DNA of 64,000 nucleotides, taken from positions 20,135 through 84,134 of the IMG/VR virus record IMGVR_UViG_3300014205_000205, one strand, 5' to 3'. Position numbers and translations under genes: made by a program. This stretch comes from a virus (lineage: Duplodnaviria > Caudoviricetes). Positions 26,166 to 34,147 of this stretch are shown one piece after another. Positions within the stretch are counted from its first letter, which is position 1; each line of letters starts with the position of its first letter. Below the pieces are notes generated by a model that saw only the letters and a program-made list of their open reading frames with translations, ran no database searches and was not told where the DNA came from.

Positions 26166-27139
26166 GCGTTCCACCCCTTCGGCGCCCGCTCTTTGAAGTC
26201 CGCCTCACTCATGATCCCGTCATGCGTCTGCCTGACCAGGACCACACCCTCCCGCCACTCGCCAAAGGTGTACGGCCGCCCCAGGGCCAATTCGATCAGC
26301 CCGCCAACCTCATCACAGCCGGCCGCGATCGTCAGGTTGACCGTGCCGCTGAACCTCGGATTGATCTCGAACACATAGGGTACGCCATCCCGCATCCGAA
26401 GTTGCACGTTGAAGGGGCCGCACGGGTTCAGCTTCTCGGCGATGTCGCGGCACACCTGGTCAATGGCTTTGTTGCGCCGGGTGACGGCCAGCCGCGTAGA
26501 GCCTCTCTTGTCGATGATCTCCTTTGGCACCACGGCGTGAACAGTGTTGCGCTGGTCGCAGACGACGGAGACGGTGTACTCCGGGCCGTCGATGTACTCC
26601 TGGATAATGAGCGCATCAAGGTAGCCCGCGGTTTCGGCGTGAGCCAATCCCTCTTGGCGGGACCGGATAATCGCTACTCCGCGACTGCCTCGCCCTGTAC
26701 GCGGCTTAATTACCCATGGATATAGCAAATCAAATGGGGCTGTATCGTCGATGGTTTTCGTTCTGTTATACGTGCGAGGGACCGTGACGCCGATGCCGCC
26801 CAGGACGCGCATTAGTTCTCGCTTGTCTAGGCAGGCGCGGATAAAGGTCTCCGTTGGAGTAAGCACTTTGGACGGATTAGCGGCTTTGAACAACGCCGAC
26901 TCTTCGTCCACCAGCGGAATGGCTATATCAACTGACTGGCGAATGCAGAGGTCCATCATAGCAAGCATGTAGCCATTGTCCGTCGCTTTTGGCACAACAA
27001 AACCCCCATCGCCCAGGTATAGCCCAGGTGCATGGGGGTCCGTGTCGCAAGTTAGTACTCGATGGCCTCGGGACTGCAAATGGCGGATCAGATCAGGTAT
27101 GGCGGCGCCGCCCGCACCTGTAAGTAATATGGTTGCCGT
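26162..27139 (-). CDS. ATP-grasp domain protein (amide-ligase type), apparent ACG start
   Basis: IKPRTGRGSRG, QEYIDGPEYTV, FNVQL, FEINPRFSG; conserved TILLTGAGG N-terminus reached only from ACG at 27139. Confidence 0.85.
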   Translation of the reverse strand, partial: TATILLTGAGGAAIPDLIRHLQSRGHRVLTCDTDPHAPGLYLGDGGFVVPKATDNGYMLAMMDLCIRQSVDIAIPLVDEESALFKAANPSKVLTPTETFIRACLDKRELMRVLGGIGVTVPRTYNRTKTIDDTAPFDLLYPWVIKPRTGRGSRGVAIIRSRQEGLAHAETAGYLDALIIQEYIDGPEYTVSVVCDQRNTVHAVVPKEIIDKRGSTRLAVTRRNKAIDQVCRDIAEKLNPCGPFNVQLRMRDGVPYVFEINPRFSGTVNLTIAAGCDEVGGLIELALGRPYTFGEWREGVVLVRQTHDGIMSEADFKERAPKGWNA

Positions 27140-27144
27140 TTAGA

Positions 27145-27363
27145 TTACCTCCACATTCTTGTCTGCGCATCATTCAATTTGCGCAACGTATCTTGAATGC
27201 TCTGCCACTCCTTTGAAAGGTGGCGAAGCCGGTCTGTTTCTGCCACAACCTCAGCCGTCCTCCGCTTCTGGTCTTTATCCATCCTGTGAATCAAATACAA
27301 ACTCAACGGTAGGGATAAAGCCATCGATACCAAAGCGACAAGAGGAACCACCCACCAATTCAT
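27145..27363 (-). CDS. Small membrane protein
   Basis: N-terminal hydrophobic helix then coiled coil; ATGA-coupled to neuB. Confidence 0.55.
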   Translation of the reverse strand: MNWWVVPLVALVSMALSLPLSLYLIHRMDKDQKRRTAEVVAETDRLRHLSKEWQSIQDTLRKLNDAQTRMWR

Positions 27364-28403
27364 CGCAGCACCCTCCATTCCACAACCTCATCCTCTGGAA
27401 TGTCCGCCTTGGCCACTCGCCCAACCACCAAAGTGATGTCCTTCGCCGGTATCCCATGTCCCGGTCGCTTGCTTGTCAACATCTCCGCTGTGATCACAGT
27501 CCCGGAAGGGATATAGCAGGCGGACACCACCGAACGCCGCGCCTTGAGGTACATATCTTGCTCCTCAGGTGCCGGGCCGGTCTTATCTCCGTCACCCATG
27601 GCGGCCTCTACGTCTCGGATCTGGCTTACCATGGCTTTGAGTTCGCCGGGCTCCAAGGCGAAAGCGTGGTCTGGGCCCGGCGATGTGCGGTCAAGCGTGA
27701 AGTGCTTCTCGATGATGCAGGCACCCATAGCAACGGCTGCGAGGGGGATGTGCCAGCCTAGTGTGTGGTCGGAGTAGCCAAGCAGGCCGTCGTAAGTGCA
27801 TGACCATTCGGGGATGAATCTCAGGTTGGCGATATGGCAAGGCGCCGGATAGAGCGACGCGCACTGAAGAAAGGCCACTGCGTCGTTGTCCATGTCCCAA
27901 CAAGCGCCATATACATCCCCGATTTCTCGCGCGGTACACATCCCGGTAGAGATGATCATCGGCCTGCCCTTGCTGGCCACGTACCGCACAAACGGCAGGT
28001 CTACGGCCTCATAGGAGCTGATCTTGAATGCCGGCACCCCAATGGCGTCAAGCTCGTCCACCCCGGCCCGATCGGTCGGCGTGCTCAGCCAGTGGATGCC
28101 TTTGGCTGTGGCGTAATCGAACAAGGGCTTCTGCCATTCCCTCGGCAATTCGGCTTTGCGGATAATGTCCCAGGTGTCTTCGTCACGACCCGCCAGGTAA
28201 GTAAAGCGCGGCGTACGCTTGGAATAGAGAGTATCGGCACTGTAGGTTTGGAACTTTACCGCATCGCAGCCGGCTTCGACAGCGGCATCAATCAAGCGCT
28301 TAGCCGTCTCGAAGTCGCGGTTGTGGTTGCTTCCGGCCTCGGCTATTACGTAACAAGGATGGCCCGGGCCCACGGTTCGGTGGCCGATTTGGATGGTACT
28401 CAT
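27360..28403 (-). CDS. neuB: N-acetylneuraminate synthase family (PseI/SpsE/NeuB) nonulosonate synthase
   Basis: IAEAGSNHN, DAVKFQ, FKISS, IISTGM, GYSDHT, IIEKHFTLDR, GPDH, C-terminal SAF domain KRPGHGI. Confidence 0.95.
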   Translation of the reverse strand: MSTIQIGHRTVGPGHPCYVIAEAGSNHNRDFETAKRLIDAAVEAGCDAVKFQTYSADTLYSKRTPRFTYLAGRDEDTWDIIRKAELPREWQKPLFDYATAKGIHWLSTPTDRAGVDELDAIGVPAFKISSYEAVDLPFVRYVASKGRPMIISTGMCTAREIGDVYGACWDMDNDAVAFLQCASLYPAPCHIANLRFIPEWSCTYDGLLGYSDHTLGWHIPLAAVAMGACIIEKHFTLDRTSPGPDHAFALEPGELKAMVSQIRDVEAAMGDGDKTGPAPEEQDMYLKARRSVVSACYIPSGTVITAEMLTSKRPGHGIPAKDITLVVGRVAKADIPEDEVVEWRVLR

Positions 28404-28404
28404 C

Positions 28405-28644
28405 TCAGACTCTCCTCCCATCCATCCTACGCACACCCGGGAACTGACGAGATATTGCCTCCCAAAATGACCGGGCGGCCTCATCTGGTACGTACCCAGG
28501 ACCGAATGCTACCTGCCCGGTTCCCAAGTGGATCTTGACCATACCATTTCCGATGTTGATGTGGCCATACAGAGCAGGAGCCGCCGTTATACCCATGCCT
28601 CCCAAGGCGGAAAGCGGCATTATGACTTCGCGGTCGTCGCCCAT
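28405..28644 (-). CDS. Hypothetical protein
   Basis: ORF packed between neighbours. Confidence 0.5.
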   Translation of the reverse strand: MGDDREVIMPLSALGGMGITAAPALYGHINIGNGMVKIHLGTGQVAFGPGYVPDEAARSFWEAISRQFPGVRRMDGRRV

Positions 28645-28961
28645 ATGGCTCTCGCCTCTTTCTTAATCTCAACGTTGCCGTGAAGCACTTCTTCGCAAGC
28701 TCCTTCTTCACAGGAACACCGATGGACCGATGTTGCCCGGTCATCCTCGGCGCAGAAGTGGACCACAAATCCATTCGGACCGGCCAGCGCCTCCGTCGTC
28801 AGCAGAACCTTGTTGCCATTGAGGAATACCTCTACCGTGGTTGTCTCCGCTTCCTTGCGATCGGTCTTAAAACGCAGGGCTGTGTGATCCGGCCCTTGCC
28901 GCGGGCCACTCGGAAACGGCTCGGGATGACAGCGCCGGCACCGACATACATGCTCGGCCAT
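28620..28961 (-). CDS. Hypothetical Cys-containing protein
   Basis: ORF packed after aminotransferase with RBS. Confidence 0.5.
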   Translation of the reverse strand: MAEHVCRCRRCHPEPFPSGPRQGPDHTALRFKTDRKEAETTTVEVFLNGNKVLLTTEALAGPNGFVVHFCAEDDRATSVHRCSCEEGACEEVLHGNVEIKKEARAIWATTAKS

Positions 28962-28965
28962 GGTT

Positions 28966-30219
28966 CTACCGCGCCCCTTCCCTTGGCTCCTCCAACCACT
29001 TCTCCAGCACCTCGGCTACCTCGTAGTACACCTGCGCCGTGCGCCGAATGTCTTCGTCACTGTGGCTGTAGCCAACGTAGGTGATCAAGCCTGGCAGCAC
29101 GCCGCGGGCCGCACATTCGGCCATGAAACGCATCTTCAGCTCCTGCGCTCGGGGTCCGGTGAATGTCTGGCGCCAGCAAACCGGGATGCCCTCGGCGTAA
29201 GCAGGCACGTCGTGGCGGTTCATCGCGCCCTCGAAGCCAGCCATGAGCGTTGATCCCGCCCGGTAGATGTGGTCTGCGACCGGCTCCGAACGGAGGATGT
29301 TTAGCGTAGCCTTAGCCGCAGCCAGGCCGATCAGCTCGCCGTTGTAGGTCCCTGAAATGAAACACTTTTCAAAGGCGTCCATAACATCCCGGCGGCCAGC
29401 TACAGCCCCGGTCGCATAGCCATTGCCCATCGCTTTCCCCAAGCAAATCAAGTCGGGCGTAACACCGCACCACGCGGAATACGTGAGCCCGTTGAAGCGG
29501 CCGAAGGTCACGACCTCATCCGCCACATACAACGCACCGTACCGGACACACAGTTTTTTGACCTTACGCAGAAACTCGAAGGAAGCCATGAACGTCCGGG
29601 CTGGCTCAATGAGTACCGCAGCGACTTGGGTCCCTCGTTCGGCATGCCATTCCAGACGCTCCTGAAGCGAGATGGCATCGCCGTAAGTGAATTGGTCGAT
29701 GTTGTCTGCCAGGTTCTTCGGCACACCGTACTCGCCCCGGCCTAACTGAGTCACCTGGAAGTAGTCATCCTGCCCGTGATACGAGTTGCTGGCTACCAAG
29801 ACAACATCGCGCCCGGTATATGTCCGGGCCGCCCTGACCGCTGCCGACGTCGCCGCCGATCCGGTCTTGACGAAACGAACTGCATCCGCTCCGGGCAGGA
29901 TCTCGGTCAGCATCTCAGCCACCTCGACGACCAAGGGGTGCTCTAAAGAAAAAAGCACGCCCTTGCGTGCCTGCTCGACCACCGCTTCGGTAACTGCCGG
30001 GTAGTTGTACCCCAGGACGATTGGCCCGAGGGCCGCCATGTAGTCGATGTACTCGTGACCGTCAACGTCCCAGACGTGTGAGCCTTGCCCTCGCTCGATG
30101 AACGACGGGTAATCGATCGGGTTTCTCGCCGTGGCCTTGCTGAGTGTCTGGGCCCCTTGGCAGGGCATCACTTTCTCTGCCCTCGCTAGCCATTCTCGCG
30201 ACTTGTCATACTGCCCCAC
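28966..30219 (-). CDS. Class III PLP aminotransferase (GSA-aminomutase-like, sugar-locus type)
   Basis: GQGSHVWDVDGHEYIDY, FVKTGS, DEVVTFGR, GKAMGNG (PLP Lys), SGTYNG. Confidence 0.9.
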   Translation of the reverse strand: MGQYDKSREWLARAEKVMPCQGAQTLSKATARNPIDYPSFIERGQGSHVWDVDGHEYIDYMAALGPIVLGYNYPAVTEAVVEQARKGVLFSLEHPLVVEVAEMLTEILPGADAVRFVKTGSAATSAAVRAARTYTGRDVVLVASNSYHGQDDYFQVTQLGRGEYGVPKNLADNIDQFTYGDAISLQERLEWHAERGTQVAAVLIEPARTFMASFEFLRKVKKLCVRYGALYVADEVVTFGRFNGLTYSAWCGVTPDLICLGKAMGNGYATGAVAGRRDVMDAFEKCFISGTYNGELIGLAAAKATLNILRSEPVADHIYRAGSTLMAGFEGAMNRHDVPAYAEGIPVCWRQTFTGPRAQELKMRFMAECAARGVLPGLITYVGYSHSDEDIRRTAQVYYEVAEVLEKWLEEPREGAR

Positions 30220-30470
30220 GAATGATGTTCCTCCTCCATCAACAAGCCGGTAGAAGGTGATTTTGTCTATTGGATGCAGGCGATATTAAGAGCTTTTCGT
30301 AGCTGCAGCGAGATACACGATTGCATAAATCGCCTGCATGAACGGCCCTGTTCGCCCCTTTGTTTACCAGTCCCCAGAAACACGCAATCGCCGCCCATGG
30401 CCCAAAACCAGCCGAAACGGCGATCGGACTACCTCAAAAACGCAACGTCCGATAATCACCATTCCGTCTC

Positions 30471-32123
30471 TTAGACCTTCCACGGGCTGGAGCGATGCCC
30501 GGCCTGCAGATTCAGCGTCATACCGTCATGGGATGGCGCCTTTCCTGTCCGCTCAAAAGCCATCTCGTCATAGAGCTCCGCATGGGCGAAGTGATCGGCT
30601 TTGGTACCCTCCACATAGCGATACACCGGCTGCCCGGTCCGCTTGTCCGTGGAGAGGATACGCTTCGGGGCCTTCATCTGTGTGAAATAGCCCTCGATGG
30701 TTTGCGCATGCGCCGGCAGGATGAGATGTTGCCCCTGCACCCGAGCCATCATCTTGTCCATGGCTACCGTCCGGTTAAGATGCACGATGCGTTTATCACC
30801 GTCCCATCTGGCCGTCTCCGCTTTGTCCTCGATGTCATACTGTGCCGCCCAGGCCCGGCCCGGAAACCGCTCGCAGAACTCAACGACTTTGCGCGTCTCC
30901 GGGTTCTTGTCAATCACTGCACAGCGGACGTCGTAGCGAGTCATCAATGACACCAAGTCTTCGAAGTCGAGCACCGTGCCGATATAGACGGCGCGTTTTT
31001 CGTCCTTGTAGCGCATAGAGATTCGAACATGCAAGGCTTTGCCGACGTCTACGCCCATGGAACAGCGTTTTCCAACGGATGGCATTTCGCGGTACTCTGG
31101 GTCTCGGCAAGCCAACAGCAAATCGTCGTCCAGGGCGCCACCCTTGGCAACGTGGGGCAGGCCTATGCCTTGGTTCCAAAACTCCTGTTCCGCTGCTGGG
31201 TCGTCATCGGCGGCCTTCGCCTCGGTTGCCATTTCCTGCGCCGTCTTGGTTGGGCTTAGGAGCTGGCTGACGCGACGCCCCCGGATTTCGCCCGAAGGGT
31301 TCTGCGGCACCCACAGACCGTTCCAGGCCATGAACGTCGTCGTCGGCTTGTGGCACTTGGCGCACCAATAATTGGCCGGGACGACCTCCAAGTTGATGTT
31401 GTCGGGCCAGGTTGGGATTTGCTGCAGACCGCAAGCTGGGCATACGACCATGAATTCATGCTGATCGCTTTCTAACCACCGGGCATGGATGCCAAACTCG
31501 GGCACCGTTGGCGTCGAGATGTCGAGCTCCCATTTCCACGGACTGGCATCCAGGCGTCGGCGCGCCAACGGCAGGTGTTTTTGCACCATTTCGTCGAACT
31601 CATCAACGATCAGGAAGTCGATCGGCATGCTCTTCAGCTTCGACTTACTGCGAGAGCCCCGGATGAAGAAGTTGCGCTCCCCGGCGCGCTTATGCTGGGT
31701 ATTTGAGACATCCGTGAAAAGCGACTCCAGGTAGTCCGACCCTTCGATGGCCGGCCCGAACCTGGAGTTGGAGAAGTCGTATGACTCGTCGTCGGTGGGT
31801 AAAAGATAGAGAATATCCATGTTGTGGATGTCCAAGCCCCAAAGCGACTTGTTAATGGCGTATTCCGATAGGCCCATCTGCGCAGCCTTTGAGAGCACCA
31901 TCACAGGAGATTCATCGGCGTAAATATCCCGAAGAAATGGGTATCGATCCAGATTGAAGGGGCGCCCATCAATGACACGTCGCCGCTTCGTCCATTCTTC
32001 CAAACCGATACGCACTACCGCATGCAGATCCTCCGCTGATTGTATCGGGCCCGCCTTCTTGATGAAGTAGGCGATCAGCTCCGCTGTCGTCTGCGGTTGT
32101 TGAGGTGATTTCTTATTGAACAC
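30471..32123 (-). CDS. terL: Terminase large subunit (GpA-like family)
   Basis: KAAQMGLSE Walker A, FLIVDEFD Walker B, ISTPT coupling motif, MGVDVG nuclease, DHFAHA. Confidence 0.92.
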   Translation of the reverse strand: MFNKKSPQQPQTTAELIAYFIKKAGPIQSAEDLHAVVRIGLEEWTKRRRVIDGRPFNLDRYPFLRDIYADESPVMVLSKAAQMGLSEYAINKSLWGLDIHNMDILYLLPTDDESYDFSNSRFGPAIEGSDYLESLFTDVSNTQHKRAGERNFFIRGSRSKSKLKSMPIDFLIVDEFDEMVQKHLPLARRRLDASPWKWELDISTPTVPEFGIHARWLESDQHEFMVVCPACGLQQIPTWPDNINLEVVPANYWCAKCHKPTTTFMAWNGLWVPQNPSGEIRGRRVSQLLSPTKTAQEMATEAKAADDDPAAEQEFWNQGIGLPHVAKGGALDDDLLLACRDPEYREMPSVGKRCSMGVDVGKALHVRISMRYKDEKRAVYIGTVLDFEDLVSLMTRYDVRCAVIDKNPETRKVVEFCERFPGRAWAAQYDIEDKAETARWDGDKRIVHLNRTVAMDKMMARVQGQHLILPAHAQTIEGYFTQMKAPKRILSTDKRTGQPVYRYVEGTKADHFAHAELYDEMAFERTGKAPSHDGMTLNLQAGHRSSPWKV

Positions 32124-32124
32124 G

Positions 32125-32742
32125 TCACATCAACGCCCTTACCGCGGGATCAGCTTTCAACCGATTGATTATCTTTTCGAGTATGGCCGGCGGGCACTCC
32201 GCTGCGAGTGCCGCCAAAATAGCCTTGACAGCGTTTTCAAACTGCTCGTGCTGCGCAAGGCGGTCTTTAATATCGACGAACAAAACCATCCACCCGCGCA
32301 TTTCTTTGGATAGCCCCACCATACTGGAGTAGTACTTACCAAAGTCCGGGGCCACCAATTTGCCGGTGAGTTGATCCCTCTCCATAACGGTTTCTAACCG
32401 TATTACCTCGGCGTCAATGCGTTGCACGTACCGATTCAGCGTCTGGGCCACATCCACTTGGATGGCGACGATTTCCTTGACGGCCTCGACCTTGAGTTCT
32501 TCCGCCCGATCCTGCTGTTTGCAGCGCTTCGTCCGCCTATCGATCGGACCGGACTTCATGTACCTGGTAATCGCCATGGTGATCGCGTTATCGTTCGGCA
32601 TGGGCTCCTTGGTGCGGGTTGCCCAGGCTTCCACATCGCCCCGCACGTCCTTGACGATGGAACGACCTTTACGCCCCATGGCCCACATCTCTGATACCCG
32701 GGGACCGATGCCCCACTCATCCACCTTATGGGGCTTGGCCAC
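32125..32742 (-). CDS. Probable terminase small subunit
   Basis: 205 aa helical protein directly upstream of terL. Confidence 0.55.
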   Translation of the reverse strand: MAKPHKVDEWGIGPRVSEMWAMGRKGRSIVKDVRGDVEAWATRTKEPMPNDNAITMAITRYMKSGPIDRRTKRCKQQDRAEELKVEAVKEIVAIQVDVAQTLNRYVQRIDAEVIRLETVMERDQLTGKLVAPDFGKYYSSMVGLSKEMRGWMVLFVDIKDRLAQHEQFENAVKAILAALAAECPPAILEKIINRLKADPAVRALM

Positions 32743-32761
32743 TATAACACTCCTTTTATGC

Positions 32762-32871
32762 GTAACGCTTGTAACGATTCAAAACGTTACTTTTTGTAAC
32801 GAGTAACGTTACACGCTCTTGGCGAATCGCTTCCCTACCTTGGAATGCACCGTTTCTTTGCATCGCGTTAC
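32762..32871. repeat. Cluster of GTAACG/CGTTAC hexamers upstream of terS
   Basis: Seven copies including palindrome GTAACGTTAC at 32803-32812. Confidence 0.75.
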
Positions 32872-33099
32872 ATCGTCCAATCAGCAGCGAGGTGATGCCT
32901 TTGGCCCGACACCGTCAGGCTTCAAAAGTCGTTCCGCTTGGTGCTCCGCAGTTGGTGTCTCGTGCTACCGATGACCTCCCCGAATGCGGTCCCATCAAAG
33001 TGGAGGTCTACCGAAGGCCCGGGTCCCTGTCTCTGGATATCTCCATTGGACCAGCAAGCGATCATCCGGGCGCTATCGTCACAGACCTGACATCGCGTA

Positions 33100-33133
33100 G
33101 AAAGCCCCCGCCGCCATGAGGTTGTCGGGGGCT
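33100..33133 (-). terminator. Intrinsic terminator
   Basis: AGCCCCCG-N15-CGGGGGCT then TTTC. Confidence 0.55.
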
Positions 33134-33674
33134 AGTTCTTTGCCTTTTGCAATCGTTCCTCGATGTCCCGGCACGTCTCCGGGTCAACCTCCACCACCGG
33201 CCCCCATCTGGGCGCTCTAGCCTCTGGTGAGCCGAAACAGGTCCGGAACCGCTCCGCCCAGGCCTCGGCTTCTGGTATGGTCGGGAATTGTACCCCTAGG
33301 ATCTGCGCCGCCCAGTGGCCGATCTCGTGGGCGCTTGTTTGCTGTGCCTGATCCTCACGAAAGAAGGGCCCGGTGATGACTGCCAGGTCTATACCGCCTA
33401 TGCGAGTGTAGTAGCCCTTGGCGTCCGGGGGTGGTGTGAGGAGATAGAGCGTGCCGAGGTCCACACCGAGGTTTTTCTCCACTGCGGCTCGCTCCGTGTC
33501 GAAGATGTCGAACCGGCTGGCCTCTATCTGCGGTCTCGTCAGGCCGGCATCTTTCAGCACTGCCTCGGGCACCGTCATACCGCTTCCACCCGCTGCTCCT
33601 ACCATGAGGAGGATACCGAGGGCCATTCCAGCAATGAAGGTTAGCGCTATTCCGCCAGCCAGTTTTCCGCTCAT
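33132..33674 (-). CDS. Membrane-anchored HExxH putative metallopeptidase
   Basis: N-terminal TM helix; AHEIGHW. Confidence 0.5.
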   Translation of the reverse strand: MSGKLAGGIALTFIAGMALGILLMVGAAGGSGMTVPEAVLKDAGLTRPQIEASRFDIFDTERAAVEKNLGVDLGTLYLLTPPPDAKGYYTRIGGIDLAVITGPFFREDQAQQTSAHEIGHWAAQILGVQFPTIPEAEAWAERFRTCFGSPEARAPRWGPVVEVDPETCRDIEERLQKAKN

Positions 33675-34087
33675 ACTTTTACCTCAGTGGCCTCTGGCCA
33701 AAAGTCAGGTGGATAGACAGGTTCCAGGTCATTCCCGTCGCGAGAGTTGTTGATATTACCGATGATGCGTTCCTGGGTGAATGAGTCTGGCGGGTAGATG
33801 ACGCCCTTTTCTTGAAGCCACGCGGGTATCTTTTGATTGCTCCACCATACGGCACCATCGAGAAGAGTCCACGGCTCTTTAGCTCTGTCGTGAACCATCA
33901 GGTCCAACTCGGTCCCATCCGGAAAACGGTAGCGGTTTGGCATGATCCCCATCAATTGCAGACCGTTCCAGACCTCCAAGCTCCACCCACTACTAGGACT
34001 GGAGTCGTACTTCTCCCAGACCCATGCCAAATCTAATGTGGACCCCGCCTGCCATTTCGCCTCAGATACGCGAGTGCAAATAATCAC
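33671..34087 (-). CDS. Hypothetical protein
   Basis: Overlap-coupled ORF, Trp-rich. Confidence 0.55.
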   Translation of the reverse strand: MIICTRVSEAKWQAGSTLDLAWVWEKYDSSPSSGWSLEVWNGLQLMGIMPNRYRFPDGTELDLMVHDRAKEPWTLLDGAVWWSNQKIPAWLQEKGVIYPPDSFTQERIIGNINNSRDGNDLEPVYPPDFWPEATEVKV

Positions 34088-34147
34088 TGGGTGATATGGT
34101 GCTTCATGGTGCTTTGGGCGCGGTCCCCCGCTTGATCAGGTAAAGGT

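Noticed and set aside
28966-30219. Heme-pathway hemL (GSA aminomutase) as an auxiliary metabolic gene
   Set aside because: No other tetrapyrrole genes; this subfamily occurs in sugar loci and here heads a nonulosonate cluster
20758-30219. Sugar cluster as a DNA-hypermodification system
   Set aside because: No base hydroxymethylase, DNA glycosyltransferase or replication linkage seen; late-operon location fits protein glycosylation better, though not formally excluded
32914-33091. Possible structured RNA upstream of terS (GTCAGG/CCTGAC, GACCTCC/GGAGGTC)
   Set aside because: Only 5-7 bp stems in GC-rich DNA; not distinguishable from chance by eye
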